DNA of 64,000 nt from Eledone cirrhosa (GCA_964016885.1 OZ024745.1:46996001-47060000); one strand, 5' to 3'. Shown: positions 1 through 15,000, numbered from the stretch's first letter. The notes: generated by a model from the sequence alone, not told the origin. A program made the numbers and translations.

Positions 1-3000
1 TATCTGGGTACCCCGTTTTTTATTTGGGTACCGCGTTTTTTATTTGGGTGCCCCGTTTTTTTATGGGGGGGGTCCGTTTTTTATTTGGGTGCCCCGTTTT
101 TTATTTGGGTACCCCGTTTTTTATTTGGGTGCCCCGTTTTTTTATGGGGGGGTCCGTTTTTTATCTGGGTACCCCGTTTTTTATTTGGTTACCCCGTTTT
201 TTATTTGGGTGCCCCGTTTTTTTATGGGGGGGGTCCGTTTTTTATTTGGGTGCCCCGTTTTTTATGGGGGTGCCCCGTTTTTTTTATGGGGGGTCCGTTT
301 TTTATTTGGGGACCCCGTTTTTTAATTGGGTGCCCCGTTTTTTTATGGGGGGGTCCGTTTTTTATTTGGGTGCCCCGTTTTTTATTTGGGTGCCCCGTTT
401 TTTTATGGGGGGGTCCGTTTTTTATTTGGGTGCCCCGTTCTTTATTTGGGTGCCCCGTTTTTTATTTGGGTGCCCCGTTTTTTTATGGGGGGGCGTTTTT
501 TATTTGGGTGCCCCGTTTTTTATGGGGGGGGTCCGTTTTTTATTTGGGTACCCCGTTTTTTATTTGGGTGCCCCGTTTTTTTTATGGGGGGGGTCCGTTT
601 TTTATTTGGGTGCCCCGTTTTTTATTTGGGTACCCCGTTTTTTATTTGGGTGCCCCGTTTTTTATTTGGGTGTCCCGTTTTTTTATGGGGGGGGGTCCGT
701 TTTTTATTTGGGTGCCCCGTTTTTTTATGGGTGGGGGTCCGTTTTTTATTTGGGTACCCCGTTTTTTATTTGGGTGCCCCGTTTTTTTATGGGGGGGTCC
801 GTTTTTTATTTGGGTACCCCGTTTTTTATTTGGGTGCCCCGTTTTTTTATGGGGGGGATCCGTTTTTTATTTGGGTGCCCCGTTTTTTATTTGGGTGCCC
901 CGTTTTTTTATGGGGGGGGTCCGTTTTTTATTTGGGTGCCCCGTTTTTTTATGGGGGGGTCCGTTTTTTATTTGGGTGCCCCGTTTTTTATTTGGGTGCC
1001 CCGTTTTTTTATGGGGGGGATCCGTTTTTTATTTGGGTGCCCCGTTTTATATTTGGGTGACCCGTTTTTTATTTGGGTGCCCCGTTTTTTTATGGGGGGG
1101 GGGCCGTTTTTTATCTGGGTACCCCGTTTTTTATTTGGGTACCGCCTTTATTTATTTGGGTGCCCCGTTTTTTTATGGGGGGGTCCGTTTTTTATTTGGG
1201 TGCCCCGTTTTTTTATGGGGGGGTCCGTTTTTTATTTGGGTGCCCCGTTTTTTTATGGGGGGGGGTCCGTTTTTTATTTGGGTGCCCCGTTTTTTATTTG
1301 GGTACCCCGTTTTTTATTTGGGTGCCCCGTTTTTTTATGGGGGGGTCCGTTTTTTATTTGGGTGCCCCGTTTTTTATTTGGGTGCCTCGTTTTTTTATGG
1401 AGGGGGGGGGGCGTTTTTTATTTGGGTGCCCAGTTTTTTTATGGGGGGGGGTCCGTTTTTTATTTGTGTACCCCGTTTTTTATTTGGGTGCCCCGTTTTT
1501 TTATGGGGGGGGTCCGTTTTTTATTTGGGTGCCCCGTTTTTTTATGGGGGGGGTCCGTTTTTTATCTGGGTACCCCGTTTTTTATTTGGGTACCGCGTTT
1601 TTTATTTGGGTGCCCCGTTTTTTTATGGGGGGGGTCCGTTTTTTATTTGGGTGCCCCGTTTTTTTTATGGGGGGGTCCGTTTTTTATTTGGGGACCCCGT
1701 TTTTTATTTGGGTGCCCCGTTTTTTTATGGGGGGGGGTCCGTTTTTTATTTGGGTGCCCCGTTTTTTTATGGGGGGGGGCCGTTTTTTATTTGGGTGCCC
1801 CGTTTTTTATTTGGGTACCCCGTTTTTTATTTGGGTGCCCCGTTTTTTTATGGGGGGGTCCGTTTTTTATCTGGGTACCCCGTTTTTTATTTGGGTACCC
1901 CGTTTTTTATTTGGGTGCCCCGTTTTTTTATGGGGGGGGTCCGTTTTTTATTTGGGTGCCCCGTTTTTTATGGGGGTGCCCCGTTTTTTTTATGGGGGGT
2001 CCGTTTTTTATTTGGGGACCCCGTTTTTTAATTGGGTGCCCCGTTTTTTTATGGGGGGGTCCGTTTTTTATTTGGGTGCCCCGTTTTTTTATGGGGGGGT
2101 CCGTTTTTTATTTGGGTGCCCCGTTTTTTATTTGGGTACCCCGTTTTTTATTTGGGTGCCCCGTTTTTTTATGGGGGGGTCCGTTTTTTATTTGGGTGCC
2201 CCGTTTTTTATTTGGGTGCCCCGTTTTTTATTTGGGTGCCCCGTTTTTTTATGGGGGGGGGCGTTTTTTATTTGGGTGCCCCGTTTTTTTATGGGGGGGG
2301 TCCGTTTTTTATTTGGGTACCCCGTTTTTTATTTGGGTGCCCCGTTTTTTTTATGGGGGGGGTCCGTTTTTTATTTGGGTGCCCCGTTTTTTATTTGGGT
2401 ACCCCGTTTTTTATTTGGGTGCCCCGTTTTTTTATGGGGGGGTCCGTTTTTTATTTGGGTGCCCCGTTTTTTATTTGGGTGCCCCGTTTTTTATTTGGGT
2501 GCCCCGTTTTTTTATGGGGGGGGGGCGTTTTTTATTTGGGTGCCCCGTTTTTTTATGGGGGGGGTCCGTTTTTTATTTGGGTACCCCGTTTTTTATTTGG
2601 GTGCCCCGTTTTTTTTATGGGGGGGGTCCGTTTTTTATTTGGGTGCCCCGTTTTTTATTTGGGTACCCCGTTTTTTATTTGGGTGTCCCGTTTTTTATTT
2701 GGGTGTCCCGTTTTTTTATGGGGGGGGGGTCCGTTTTTTATTTGGGTGCCCCGTTTTTTTATGGGTGGGGGTCCGTTTTTTATTTGGGTACCCCGTTTTT
2801 TATTTGGGTGCCCCGTTTTTTTATGGGGGGGTCCGTTTTTTATTTGGGTACCCCGTTTTTTATTTGGGTGCCCCGTTTTTTTATGGGGGGGATCCGTTTT
2901 TTATTTGGGTGCCCCGTTTTTTATTTGGGTGCCCCGTTTTTTTATGGGGGGGGTCCGTTTTTTATTTGGGTGCCCCGTTTTTTTATGGGGGGGTCCGTTT

Positions 3001-6000
3001 TTTATTTGGGTGCCCCGTTTTTTATTTGGGTGCCCCGTTTTTTTATGGGGGGGATCCGTTTTTTATTTGGGTGCCCCGTTTTATATTTGGGTGACCCGTT
3101 TTTTATTTGGGTGCCCCGTTTTTTTATGGGGGGGGGCCGTTTTTTATCTGGGTACCCCGTTTTTTATTTGGGTACCGCGTTTTTTATTTGGGTGCCCCGT
3201 TTTTTTATGGGGGGGGTCCGTTTTTTATTTGGGTGCCCCGTTTTTTTATGGGGGGGTCCGTTTTTTATTTGGGTGCCCCGTTTTTTTATGGGGGGGGGTC
3301 CGTTTTTTATTTGGGTGCCCCGTTTTTTATTTGGGTACCCCGTTTTTTATTTGGGTGCCCCGTTTTTTTATGGGGGGGTCCGTTTTTTATTTGGGTGCCC
3401 CGTTTTTTATTTGGGTGCCTCGTTTTTTTATGGGGGGGGGGGCGTTTTTTATTTGGGTGCCCAGTTTTTTTATGGGGGGGGTCCGTTTTTTATTTGTGTA
3501 CCCCGTTTTTTATTTGGGTGCCCCGTTTATTTATGGGGGGGGGTCCGTTTTTTATTTGGGTGCCCCGTTTTTTTATGGGGGGGATCCGTTTTTTATTTGG
3601 GTGCCCCGTTTTATATTTGGGTGCCCCGTTTTTTATTTGGGTGCCCCGTTTTTTTATGGGGGGGGTCCGTTTTTTATCTGGGTACCCCGTTTTTTATTTG
3701 GGTACCCCGTTTTTTATTTGGGTGCCCCGTTTTTTTATGGGGGGGGGTCCGTTTTTTTATTTCGGTGCCCCGTTTTTTTATGGGGGGGTCCGTTTTTTAT
3801 TTGGGTGCCCCGTTTTTTATTTGGGTGCCCCGTTTTTTTATGGGGGGGATCCGTTTTTTATTTGGGTGCCCCGTTTTTTATTTGGGTGCCCCGTTTTTTT
3901 ATGGGGGGGTGCGTTTTTTATTTGGGTGACCCGTTTTTTTATGGGGGGGGGTCTGTTTTTTATTTGGGTGCCCCGTTTTTTATTTGGGTACCCCGTTTTT
4001 TATTTGGGTGCCCCGTTTTTTTATGGGGGGTCCGTTTTTTATTTGGGTGCCCCGTTTTTTATTTGGGTACCCCGTTTTTTATTTGGGTGCCCCGTTTTTT
4101 TATGGGGGGGGTCCGTTTTTTATTTGGGTGCCCCGTTATTTTATGGGGGGGTCCCGTTTTTTATTTGGGTGCCCCGTTTTTTTATGGGGGGGGGTCCGTT
4201 TTTTATTTGGGTACCCCGTTTTTTATTTGGGTGCCCCGTTTTTTTATGGGGGGGGTCCGTTTTTTATTTGGGTACCCCGTTTTTTATTTGGGTGCCCCGT
4301 TTTTTTATGGGGGGGTCCGTTTTTTATTTGGGTGCCCCGTTATTTATTTGGGTGCCCCGTTTTTTTATGGGGGGGTCCGTTTTTTATTTGGGTACCCCGT
4401 TTTTTATTTGGGTGCCCCGTTTTTTTATGGGGGGGTCCGTTTTTTATTTGGGTGCCCCGTTTTTTTATGGGGGGGTCCGTTTTTTATTTGGGTGCCCCGT
4501 TTTTTATTTGGGTGCCCCGTTTTTTTATGGGGGGGGATCCGTTTTTTATTTGGGTGCCCCGTTTTTTTATGGGGGAGGTCCGTTTTTTATTTGGGTGCCC
4601 CGTTTTTTATTTGGGTACCCCGTTTTTTATTTGGGTGCCCCGTTTTTTTATGGGGGGGGGTCCGTTTTTTATTTGGGTGCCCCGTTTTTTTTATGGGGGG
4701 GTCCGTTTTTTATTTGGGGACCCCGTTTTTTATTTGGGTGCCCCGTTTTTTTATGGGGGGGGTCCGTTTTTTATTTGGGTGCCCCGTTTTTTTATGGGGG
4801 GGGTCCGTTTTTTATTTGGGTGCCCCGTTTTTTATTTGGGTACCCCGTTTTTTATTTGGGTGCCCCGTTTTTTTATGGGGGGGTCCGTTTTTTATCTGGG
4901 TACCCCGTTTTTTATTTGGGTACCCCGTTTTTTATTTGGGTGCCCCGTTTTTTTATGGGGGGGGTCCGTTTTTTATCTGGGTACCCCGTTTTTTATTTGG
5001 GTACCGCGTTTTTTATTTGGGTGCCCCGTTTTTTTATGGGGGGGGTCCGTTTTTTATTTGGGTGCCCCGTTTTTTTTATGGGGGGGTCCGTTTTTTATTT
5101 GGGGACCCCGTTTTTTATTTGGGTGCCCCGTTTTTTTATGGGGGGGGTCCGTTTTTTATTTGGGTGCCCCGTTTTGTTATGGGGGGGGTCCGTTTTTTAA
5201 TTGGGTGCCCCGTTTTTTTATGGGGGGGTCCGTTTTTTATTTGGGTGCCCCGTTTTTTTATGGGGGGGGTCCGTTTTTTATTTGGGTGCCCCGTTTTTTA
5301 TTTGGGTACCCCGTTTTTTATTTGGGTGCCCCGTTTTTTTATGGGGGGGTCCGTTTTTTATTTGGGTGCCCCGTTTTTTATTTGGGTGCCCCGTTTTTTT
5401 ATGGGGGGGGCGTTTTTTATTTGGGTGCCCCGTTTTTTTATGGGGGGGGGTCCGTTTTTTATTTGGGTACCCCGTTTTTTATTTGGGTGCCCCGTTTTTT
5501 TTATGGGGGGGGTCCGTTTTTTATTTGGGTGCCCCGTTTTTTATTTGGGTACCCCGTTTTTTATTTGGGTGCCCCGTTTTTTATTTGGGTGTCCCGTTTT
5601 TTTATGGGGGGGGTCCGTTTTTTATTTGGGTGCCCCGTTTTTTTATGGGGGGGGTCCGTTTTTTATTTGGGTACCCCGTTTTTTATTTGGGTGCCCCGTT
5701 TTTTTATGGGGGGGTCCGTTTTTTATTTGGGTACCCCGTTTTTTATTTGGGTGCCCCGTTTTTTTATGGGGGGGATCCGTTTTTTATTTGGGTGCCCCGT
5801 TTTTTATTTGGGTGCCCCGTTTTTTTATGGGGGGGGTCCGTTTTTTATTTGGGTGCCCCGTTTTTTTATGGGGGGGTCCGTTTTTTATTTGGGTGCCCCG
5901 TTTTTTATTTGGGTGCCCCGTTTTTTTATGGGGGGGATCCGTTTTTTATTTGGGTGCCCCGTTTTATATTTGGGTGCCCCGTTTTTTATTTGGGTGCCCC

Positions 6001-9000
6001 GTTTTTTTATTGGGGGGGTCCGTTTTTTATCTGGGTACCCCGTTTTTTATTTGGGTACCGCGTTTTTTATTTGGGTGCCCCGTTTTTTATTTGGGTGTCC
6101 CGTTTTTTTATGGGGGGGGTCCGTTTTTTATTTGGGTGCCCCGTTTTTTTATGGGGGGGGTCCGTTTTTTATTTGGGTACCCCGTTTTTTATTTGGGTGC
6201 CCCGTTTTTTTATGGGGGGGTCCGTTTTTTATTTGGGTACCCCGTTTTTTATTTGGGTGCCCCGTTTTTTTATGGGGGGGATCCGTTTTTTATTTGGGTG
6301 CCCCGTTTTTTATTTGGGTGCCCCGTTTTTTTATGGGGGGGGTCCGTTTTTTATTTGGGTGCCCCGTTTTTTTATGGGGGGGTCCGTTTTTTATTTGGGT
6401 GCCCCGTTTTTTATTTGGGTGCCCCGTTTTTTTATGGGGGGGATCCGTTTTTTATTTGGGTGCCCCGTTTTATATTTGGGTGCCCCGTTTTTTATTTGGG
6501 TGCCCCGTTTTTTTATTGGGGGGTCCGTTTTTTATCTGGGTACCCCGTTTTTTATTTGGGTACCGCGTTTTTTATTTGGGTGCCCCGTTTTTTTATGGGG
6601 GGGGTCCGTTTTTTATTTGGGTGCCCCGTTTTATATTTGGGTGCCCCGTTTTTTATTTGGGTGCCCCGTTTTTTTATTGGGGGGGTCCGTTTTTTATCTG
6701 GGTACCCCGTTTTTTATTTGGGTACCGCGTTTTTTATTTGGGTGCCCCGTTTTTTATTTGGGTGTCCCGTTTTTTTATGGGGGGGGTCCGTTTTTTATTT
6801 GGGTGCCCCGTTTTTTTATGGGGGGGGTCCGTTTTTTATTTGGGTACCCCGTTTTTTATTTGGGTGCCCCGTTTTTTTATGGGGGGGTCCGTTTTTTATT
6901 TGGGTACCCCGTTTTTTATTTGGGTGCCCCGTTTTTTTATGGGGGGGATCCGTTTTTTATTTGGGTGCCCCGTTTTTTATTTGGGTGCCCCGTTTTTTTA
7001 TGGGGGGGTCCGTTTTTTATTTGGGTGCCCCGTTTTTTTATGGGGGGGTCCGTTTTTTATTTGGGTGCCCCGTTTTTTATTTGGGTGCCCCGTTTTTTTA
7101 TGGGGGGGATCCGTTTTTTATTTGGGTGCCCCGTTTTATATTTGGGTGCCCCGTTTTTTATTTGGGTGCCCCGTTTTTTTATTGGGGGGGTCCGTTTTTT
7201 ATCTGGGTACCCCGTTTTTTATTTGGGTACCGCGTTTTTTATTTGGGTGCCCCGTTTTTTTATGGGGGGGGTCCGTTTTTTATTTGGGTGCCCCGTTTTT
7301 TATTTGGGTACCCCGTTTTTTATTTGGGTGCCCCGTTTTTTTATGGGGGGGTCCGTTTTTTATTTGGGTGCCCCGTTTTTTATTTGGGTGCCCCGTTTTT
7401 TTATGGGGGGGTCCGTTTTTTATTTGGGTACCCCGTTTTTTATTTGGGTGCCCCGTTTTTTTATGGGGGGGATCCGTTTTTTATTTGTGTGCCCCGTTTT
7501 TTATTTGGGTGCCCCGTTTTTTTATGGGGGGGGTCCGTTTTTTATTTGGGTGCCCCGTTTTTTTATGGGGGGGTCCGTTTTTTATTTGGGTGCCCCGTTT
7601 TTTATTTGGGTGCCCCGTTTTTTTATGGGGGGGATCCGTTTTTTATTTGGGTGCCCCGTTTTATATTTGGGTGCCCCGTTTTTTATTTGGGTGCCCCGTT
7701 TTTTTATTGGGGGGGTCCGTTTTTTATCTGGGTACCCCGTTTTTTATTTGGGTACCGCGTTTTTTATTTGGGTGCCCCGTTTTTTTATGGGGGGGGTCCG
7801 TTTTTTATTTGGGTGCCCCGTTTTTTTATGGGGGGGGGTCCGTTTTTTATTTGGGTGCCCCGTTTTTTTATGGGGGAGGTCCGTTTTTTATTTGGGTGCC
7901 CCGTCTTTTATTTGGGTACCCCGTTTTTTATTTGGGTGCCCCGTTTTTTTATGGGGGGGGTCCGTTTTTTATTTGGGTGCCCCGTTTTTTTTATGGGGGG
8001 GTCCGTTTTTTATTTGGGGACCCCGTTTTCTATTTGGGTGCCCCGTTTTTTTATGGGGGGGGTCCGTTTTTTATTTGGGTGCCCCGTTTTTTTATGGGGG
8101 GGGTCCGTTTTTTATTTGGGTGCCCCGTTTTTTATTTGGGTACCCCGTTTTTTATTTGGGTGCCCCGTTTTTTTATGGGGGGGTCCGTTTTTTATCTGGG
8201 TACCCCGTTTTTTATTTGGGTACCGCGTTTTTTATTTGGGTGCCCCGTTTTTTTATGGGGGGGGTCCGTTTTTTATTTGGGTGCCCCGTTTTTTTTATGG
8301 GGGGGTCCGTTTTTTATTTGGGGACCCCGTTTTTTATTTGGGTGCCCCGTTTTTTTATGGGGGGGGTCCGTTTTTTATTTGGGTGCCCCGTTTTTTTATG
8401 GGGGGGGTCCGTTTTTTAATTGGGTGCCCCGTTTTTTTATGGGGGGGTCCGTTTTTTATTTGGGTGCCCCGTTTTTTTATGGGGGGGTCCGTTTTTTATT
8501 TGGGTGCCCCGTTTTTTATTTGGGTACCCCGTTTTTTATTTGGGTGCCCCGTTTTTTTATGGGGGGGTCCGTTTTTTATTTGGGTGCCCCGTTTTTTATT
8601 TGGGTGCCCCGTTTTTTTATGGGGGGGGGCGTTTTTTATTTGGGCGCCCCGTTTTTTTATGGGGGGGGTCCGTTTTTTATTTGGGTACCCCGTTTTTTAT
8701 TTGGGTGCCCCGTTTTTTTTATGGGGGGGGTCCGTTTTTTATTTGGGTGCCCCGTTTTTTATTTGGGTACCCCGTTTTTTATTTGGGTGCCCCGTTTTTT
8801 ATTTGGGTGTCCCGTTTTTTTATGGGGGGGATCCGTTTTTTATTTGGGTGCCCCGTTTTTTATTTGGGTGCCCCGTTTTTTTTATGGGGGGGGTCCGTTT
8901 TTTATTTGGGTGCCCCGTTTTTTTATGGGGGGGTCCGTTTTTTATTTGGGTGCCCCGTTTTTTATTTGGGTGCCCGTTTTTTTATGGGGGGGATCCGTTT

Positions 9001-12000
9001 TTTATTTGGGTGCCCCGTTTTATATTTGGGTGCCCCGTTTTTTATTTGGGTGCCCCGTTTTTTTATTGGGGGGGTCCGTTTTTTATCTGGGTACCCCGTT
9101 TTTTATTTGGGTACCGCGTTTTTTATTTGGGTGCCCCGTTTTTTTATGGGGGGGTCCGTTTTTTATTTGGTGGCCCCGTTTTTTTATGGGGGGGGTCCGT
9201 TTTTTATTTGGGTGCCCGTTTTTTTATGGGGGAGGTCCGTTTTTTATTTGGGTGCCCCGTTTTTTATTTGGGTACCCCGTTTTTTATTTGGGGTGCCCCG
9301 TTTTTTTATGGGGGGGGTCCGTTTTTTATTTGGGTGCCCCGTTTTTTTTTATGGGGGGGTCCGTTTTTTTATGGGGGGGGTCCGTTTTTTATTTGGGTGC
9401 CCCGTTTTTTTTATGGGGGGGTCCGTTTTTTATTTGGGGACCCCGTTTTCTATTTGGGTGCCCCGTTTTTTTATGGGGGGGGTCCGTTTTTTATTTGGGT
9501 GCCCCGTTTTTTTATGGGGGGGGGTCCGTTTTTTATTTGGGTGCCCCGTTTTTTATTTGGGTACCCGTTTTTTTATTTGGGTGCCCCGTTTTTTTATGGG
9601 GGGGTCCGTTTTTTATCTGGGTACCCCGTTTTTTATTTGGGTACCCCGTTTTTATTTGGGTGCCCCGTTTTTTTATGGGGGGGTCCGTTTTTTATCTGGG
9701 TACCCCGTTTTTTATTTGGGTGCCCCGTTTTTTTATGGGGGGGGTCCGTTTTTTATTTGGGTGCCCCGTTTTTTTTATGGGGGGGTCCGTTTTTTTATGG
9801 GGGGGGTCCGTTTTTTATTTGGGGACCCCGTTTTTTATTTGGGTGCCCCGTTTTTTTATGGGGGGGGTCCGTTTTTTATTTGGGTGCCCCGTTTTTTTAT
9901 GGGGGGGGTCCGTTTTTTAATTGGGTGCCCCGTTTTTTTATGGGGGGTCCGTTTTTTATTTGGGTGCCCCGTTTTTTTATGGGGGGTCCGTTTTTTATTT
10001 GGGTGCCCCGTTTTTTATTTGGGTACCCCGTTTTTTATTTGGGTGCCCCGTTTTTTTATGGGGGGGTCCGTTTTTTATTTGGGTGCCCCGTTTTTTATTT
10101 GGGTGCCCCGTTTTTTTATGGGGGGGGGCGTTTTTTATTTGGGCGCCCCGTTTTTTTATGGGGGGGGTCCGTTTTTTATTTGGGTACCCCGTTTTTTATT
10201 TGGGTGCCCCGTTTTTTTTATGGGGGGGTCCGTTTTTTATTTGGGTGCCCCGTTTTTTATTTGGGTACCCCGTTTTTTATTTGGGTGCCCCGTTTTTATT
10301 TGGGTGTCCCGTTTTTTTATGGGGGGGGTCCGTTTTTTATTTGGGTGCCCCGTTTTTTTATGGGGGGGGTCCGTTTTTTATTTGGGTACCCCGTTTTTTA
10401 TTTGGGTGCCCCGTTTTTTTATGGGGGGGTCCGTTTTTTATTTGGGTACCCCGTTTTTTATTTGGGTGCCCCGTTTTTTATGGGGGGGATCCGTTTTTTA
10501 TTTGGGTGCCCCGTTTTTTATTTGGGTGCCCCGTTTTTTATGGGGGGGGTCCGTTTTTATTTGGGTGCCCCGTTTTTTTATGGGGGGGGTCCGTTTTTTA
10601 TTTGGGTGCCCCGTTTTTTATTTGGGTGCCCCGTTTTTTTATGGGGGGGATCCGTTTTTTATTTGGGTGCCCCGTTTTATATTTGGGTGCCCCGTTTTTT
10701 ATTTGGGTGCCCCGTTTTTTTTATTGGGGGGGTCCGTTTTTTATCTGGGTACCCCGTTTTTTATTTGGGTACCGCGTTTTTTATTTGGGTGCCCCGTTTT
10801 TTTATGGGGGGGTCCCGTTTTTTATTTGGGTGCCCCGTTTTTTTATGGGGGGGGGTCCGTTTTTTTATTTGGGTACCCCGTTTTTTATTTGGGTGCCCCG
10901 TTTTTTTATGGGGGGGGTCCGTTTTTTATTTGGGTACCCCGTTTTTTATTTGGGTGCCCCGTTTTTTTATGGGGGGGTCCGTTTTTTATTTGGGTGCCCC
11001 GTTTTTTATTTGGGTGCCCCGTTTTTTTATGGGGGGGTCCGTTTTTTTATTTGGGTACCCCGTTTTTTATTTGGGTGCCCCGTTTTTTTATGGGGGGGTC
11101 CGTTTTTATTTGGGTGCCCCGTTTTTTTATGGGGGGGTCCGTTTTTTATTTGGGTGCCCCGTTTTTTATTTGGGTGCCCCGTTTTTTTATGGGGGGGATC
11201 CGTTTTTTATTTGGGTGCCCCGTTTTTTTATGGGGGAGGTCCGTTTTTATTGGGTGCCCCGTTTTTTATTTGGGTACCCCGTTTTTTATTTGGGTGCCCC
11301 GTTTTTTTATGGGGGGGTCCGTTTTTTATTTGGGTGCCCCGTTTTTTTTATGGGGGGGTCCGTTTTTTATTTGGGGACCCCGTTTTTTATTTGGGTGCCC
11401 CGTTTTTTTATGGGGGGGTCCGTTTTTTATTTGGGTGCCCCGTTTTTTTATGGGGGGGTCCGTTTTTTATTTGGGTGCCCCGTTTTTTATTTGGGTACCC
11501 CGTTTTTTATTTGGGTGCCCCGTTTTTTTATGGGGGGGTCCGTTTTTTATCTGGGTACCCCGTTTTTTATTTGGGTACCCCGTTTTTTATTTGGGTGCCC
11601 CGTTTTTTTATGGGGGGGGTCCGTTTTTTATCTGGGTACCCCGTTTTTTATTTGGGTACCGCGTTTTTTATTTGGGTGCCCCGTTTTTTTATGGGGGGGG
11701 TCCGTTTTTTATTTGGGTGCCCCGTTTTTTTTATGGGGGGGTCCGTTTTTTATTTGGGGACCCCGTTTTTTATTTGGGTGCCCCGTTTTTTTATGGGGGG
11801 GGGTCCGTTTTTTATTTGGGTGCCCCGTTTTTTTATGGGGGGGGTCCGTTTTTTAATTGGGTGCCCCGTTTTTTTATGGGGGGGTCCGTTTTTTATTTGG
11901 GTGCCCCGTTTTTTTATGGGGGGGGTCCGTTTTTTATTTGGGTGCCCCGTTTTTTATTTGGGTACCCCGTTTTTTATTTGGGTGCCCCGTTTTTTTATGG

Positions 12001-15000
12001 GGGGGGTCCGTTTTTTATTTGGGTGCCCCGTTTTTTATTTGGGTGCCCCGTTTTTTATTTGGGTGCCCCGTTTTTTTATGGGGGGGGGCGTTTTTTATTT
12101 GGGTGCCCCGTTTTTTTATGGGGGGGGGTCCGTTTTTTATTTGGGTACCCCGTTTTTTATTTGGGTGCCCCGTTTTTTTTATGGGGGGGGTCCGTTTTTT
12201 ATTTGGGTGCCCCGTTTTTTATTTGGGTACCCCGTTTTTTATTTGGGTGCCCCGTTTTTTATTTGGGTGTCCCGTTTTTTTATGGGGGGGGGGTCCGTTT
12301 TTTATTTGGGTGCCCCGTTTTTTTATGGGGGGGTCCGTTTTTTATTTGGGTACCCCGTTTTTTATTTGGGTGCCCCGTTTTTTTATGGGGGGGTCCGTTT
12401 TTTATTTGGGTACCCCGTTTTTTATTTGGGTGCCCCGTTTTTTTATGGGGGGGATCCGTTTTTTATTTGGGTGCCCCGTTTTTTATTTGGGTGCCCCGTT
12501 TTTTTATGGGGGGGGGGTCCGTTTTTTATTTGGGTGCCCCGTTTTTTTATGGGGGGGTCCGTTTTTTATTTGGGTGCCCCGTTTTTTATTTGGGTGCCCC
12601 GTTTTTTTATGGGGGGGATCCGTTTTTTATTTGGGTGCCCCGTTTTATATTTGGGTGCCCCGTTTTTTATTTGGGTGCCCCGTTTTTTTATTGGGGGGGT
12701 CCGTTTTTTATCTGGGTACCCCGTTTTTTATTTGGGTACCGCGTTTTTTATTTGCGTGCCCCGTTTTTTTATGGGGGGGGTCCGTTTTTTATTTGGGTGC
12801 CCCGTTTTTTATTTGGGTACCCCGTTTTTTATTTGGGTGCCCCGTTTTTTTATGGGGGGGTCCGTTTTTTATTTGGGTGCCCCGTTTTTTATTTGGGTGC
12901 CCCGTTTTTTTATGGGGGGGTCCGTTTTTTATTTGGGTACCCCGTTTTTTATTTGGGTGCCCCGTTTTTTTATGGGGGGGATCCGTTTTTTATTTGGGTG
13001 CCCCGTTTTTTATTTGGGTGCCCCGTTTTTTTATGGGGGGGGGTCCGTTTTTTATTTGGGTGCCCCGTTTTTTTATGGGGGGGTCCGTTTTTTATTTGGG
13101 TGCCCCGTTTTTTATTTGGGTGCCCCGTTTTTTATTTGGGTGCCCCGTTTTTTTATGGGGGGGGTCCGTTTTTTATATGGGTGCCCCGTTTTTTTTATGG
13201 GGGGGTCCGTTTTTTATTTGGGGACCCCGTTTTTTATTTGGGTGCCCCGTTTTTTTATGGGGGGGGTCCGTTTTTTATTTGGGTGCCCCGTTTTTTTATG
13301 GGGGGGGGTCCGTTTTTTATTTGGGTGCCCCGTTTTTTATTTGGGTACCCCGTTTTTTATTTGGGTGCCCCGTTTTTTTATGGGGGGGTCCGTTTTTTAT
13401 CTGGGTACCCCGTTTTTTATTTGGGTACCCCGTTTTTTATTTGGGTGCCCCGTTTTTTTATGGGTGGGGTCCGTTTTTTATCTGGGTACCCCGTTTTTTA
13501 TTTGGGTACCGCGTTTTTTATTTGGGTGCCCCGTTTTTTTATGGGGGGGGTCCGTTTTTTATTTGGGTGCCCCGTTTTTTTTATGGGGGGGTCCGTTTTT
13601 TATTTGGGGACCCCGTTTTTTATTTGGGTGCCCCGTTTTTTTATGGGGGGGGTCCGTTTTTTATTTGGGTGCCCCGTTTTTTTATGGGGGGGGGTCCGTT
13701 TTTTAATTGGGTGCCCCGTTTTTTTATGGGGGGGTCCGTTTTTTATTTGGGTGCCCCGTTTTTTTATGGGGGGGGTCCGTTTTTTATTTGGGTGCCCCGT
13801 TTTTTATTTGGGTACCCCGTTTTTTATTTGGGTGCCCCGTTTTTTTATGGGGGGGTCCGTTTTTTATTTGGGTGCCCCGTTTTTTATTTGGGTGCCCCGT
13901 TTTTTTATGGGGGGGCGTTTTTTATTTGGGTGCCCCGTTTTTTTATGGGGGGGGTCCGTTTTTTATTTGGGTACCCCGTTTTTTATTTGGGTGCCCCGTT
14001 TTTTTTATGGGGGGGGTCCGTTTTTTATTTGGGTGCCCCGTTTTTTATTTGGGTACCCCGTTTTTTATTTGGGTGCCCCGTTTTTTATTTGGGTGTCCCG
14101 TTTTTTTATGGGGGGGGTCCGTTTTTTATTTGGGTGCCCCGTTTTTTTATGGGGGGGGTCCGTTTTTTATTTGGGTACCCCGTTTTTTATTTGGGTGCCC
14201 CGTTTTTTTATGGGGGGGTCCGTTTTTTATTTGGGTACCCCGTTTTTTATTTGGGTGCCCCGTTTTTTTATGGGGGGGATCCGTTTTTTATTTGGGTGCC
14301 CCGTTTTTTATTTGGGTGCCCCGTTTTTTTATGGGGGGGGTCCGTTTTTTATTTGGGTGCCCCGTTTTTTTATGGGGGGGTCCGTTTTTTATTTGGGTGC
14401 CCCGTTTTTTATTTGGGTGCCCCGTTTTTTTATGGGGGGGATCCGTTTTTTATTTGGGTGCCCCGTTTTATATTTGGGTGCCCCGTTTTTTATTTGGGTG
14501 CCCCGTTTTTTTATTGGGGGGGTCCGTTTTTTATCTGGGTACCCCGTTTTTTATTTGGGTACCGCGTTTTTTATTTGGGTGCCCCGTTTTTTTATGGGGG
14601 GGGTCCGTTTTTTATTTGGGTGCCCCGTTTTTTATTTGGGTACCCCGTTTTTTATTTGGGTGCCCCGTTTTTTTATGGGGGGGTCCGTTTTTTATTTGGG
14701 TGCCCCGTTTTTTATTTGGGTGCCCCGTTTTTTTATGGGGGGGTCCGTTTTTTATTTGGGTACCCCGTTTTTTATTTGGGTGCCCCGTTTTTTTATGGGG
14801 GGGATCCGTTTTTTATTTGGGTGCCCCGTTTTTTATTTGGGTGCCCCGTTTTTTTATGGGGGGGGGTCCGTTTTTTATTTGGGTGCCCCGTTTTTTTATG
14901 GGGGGGTCCGTTTTTTATTTGGGTGCCCCGTTTTTTATTTGGGTGCCCCGTTTTTTTATGGGGGGGATCCGTTTTTTATTTGGGTGCCCCGTTTTATATT

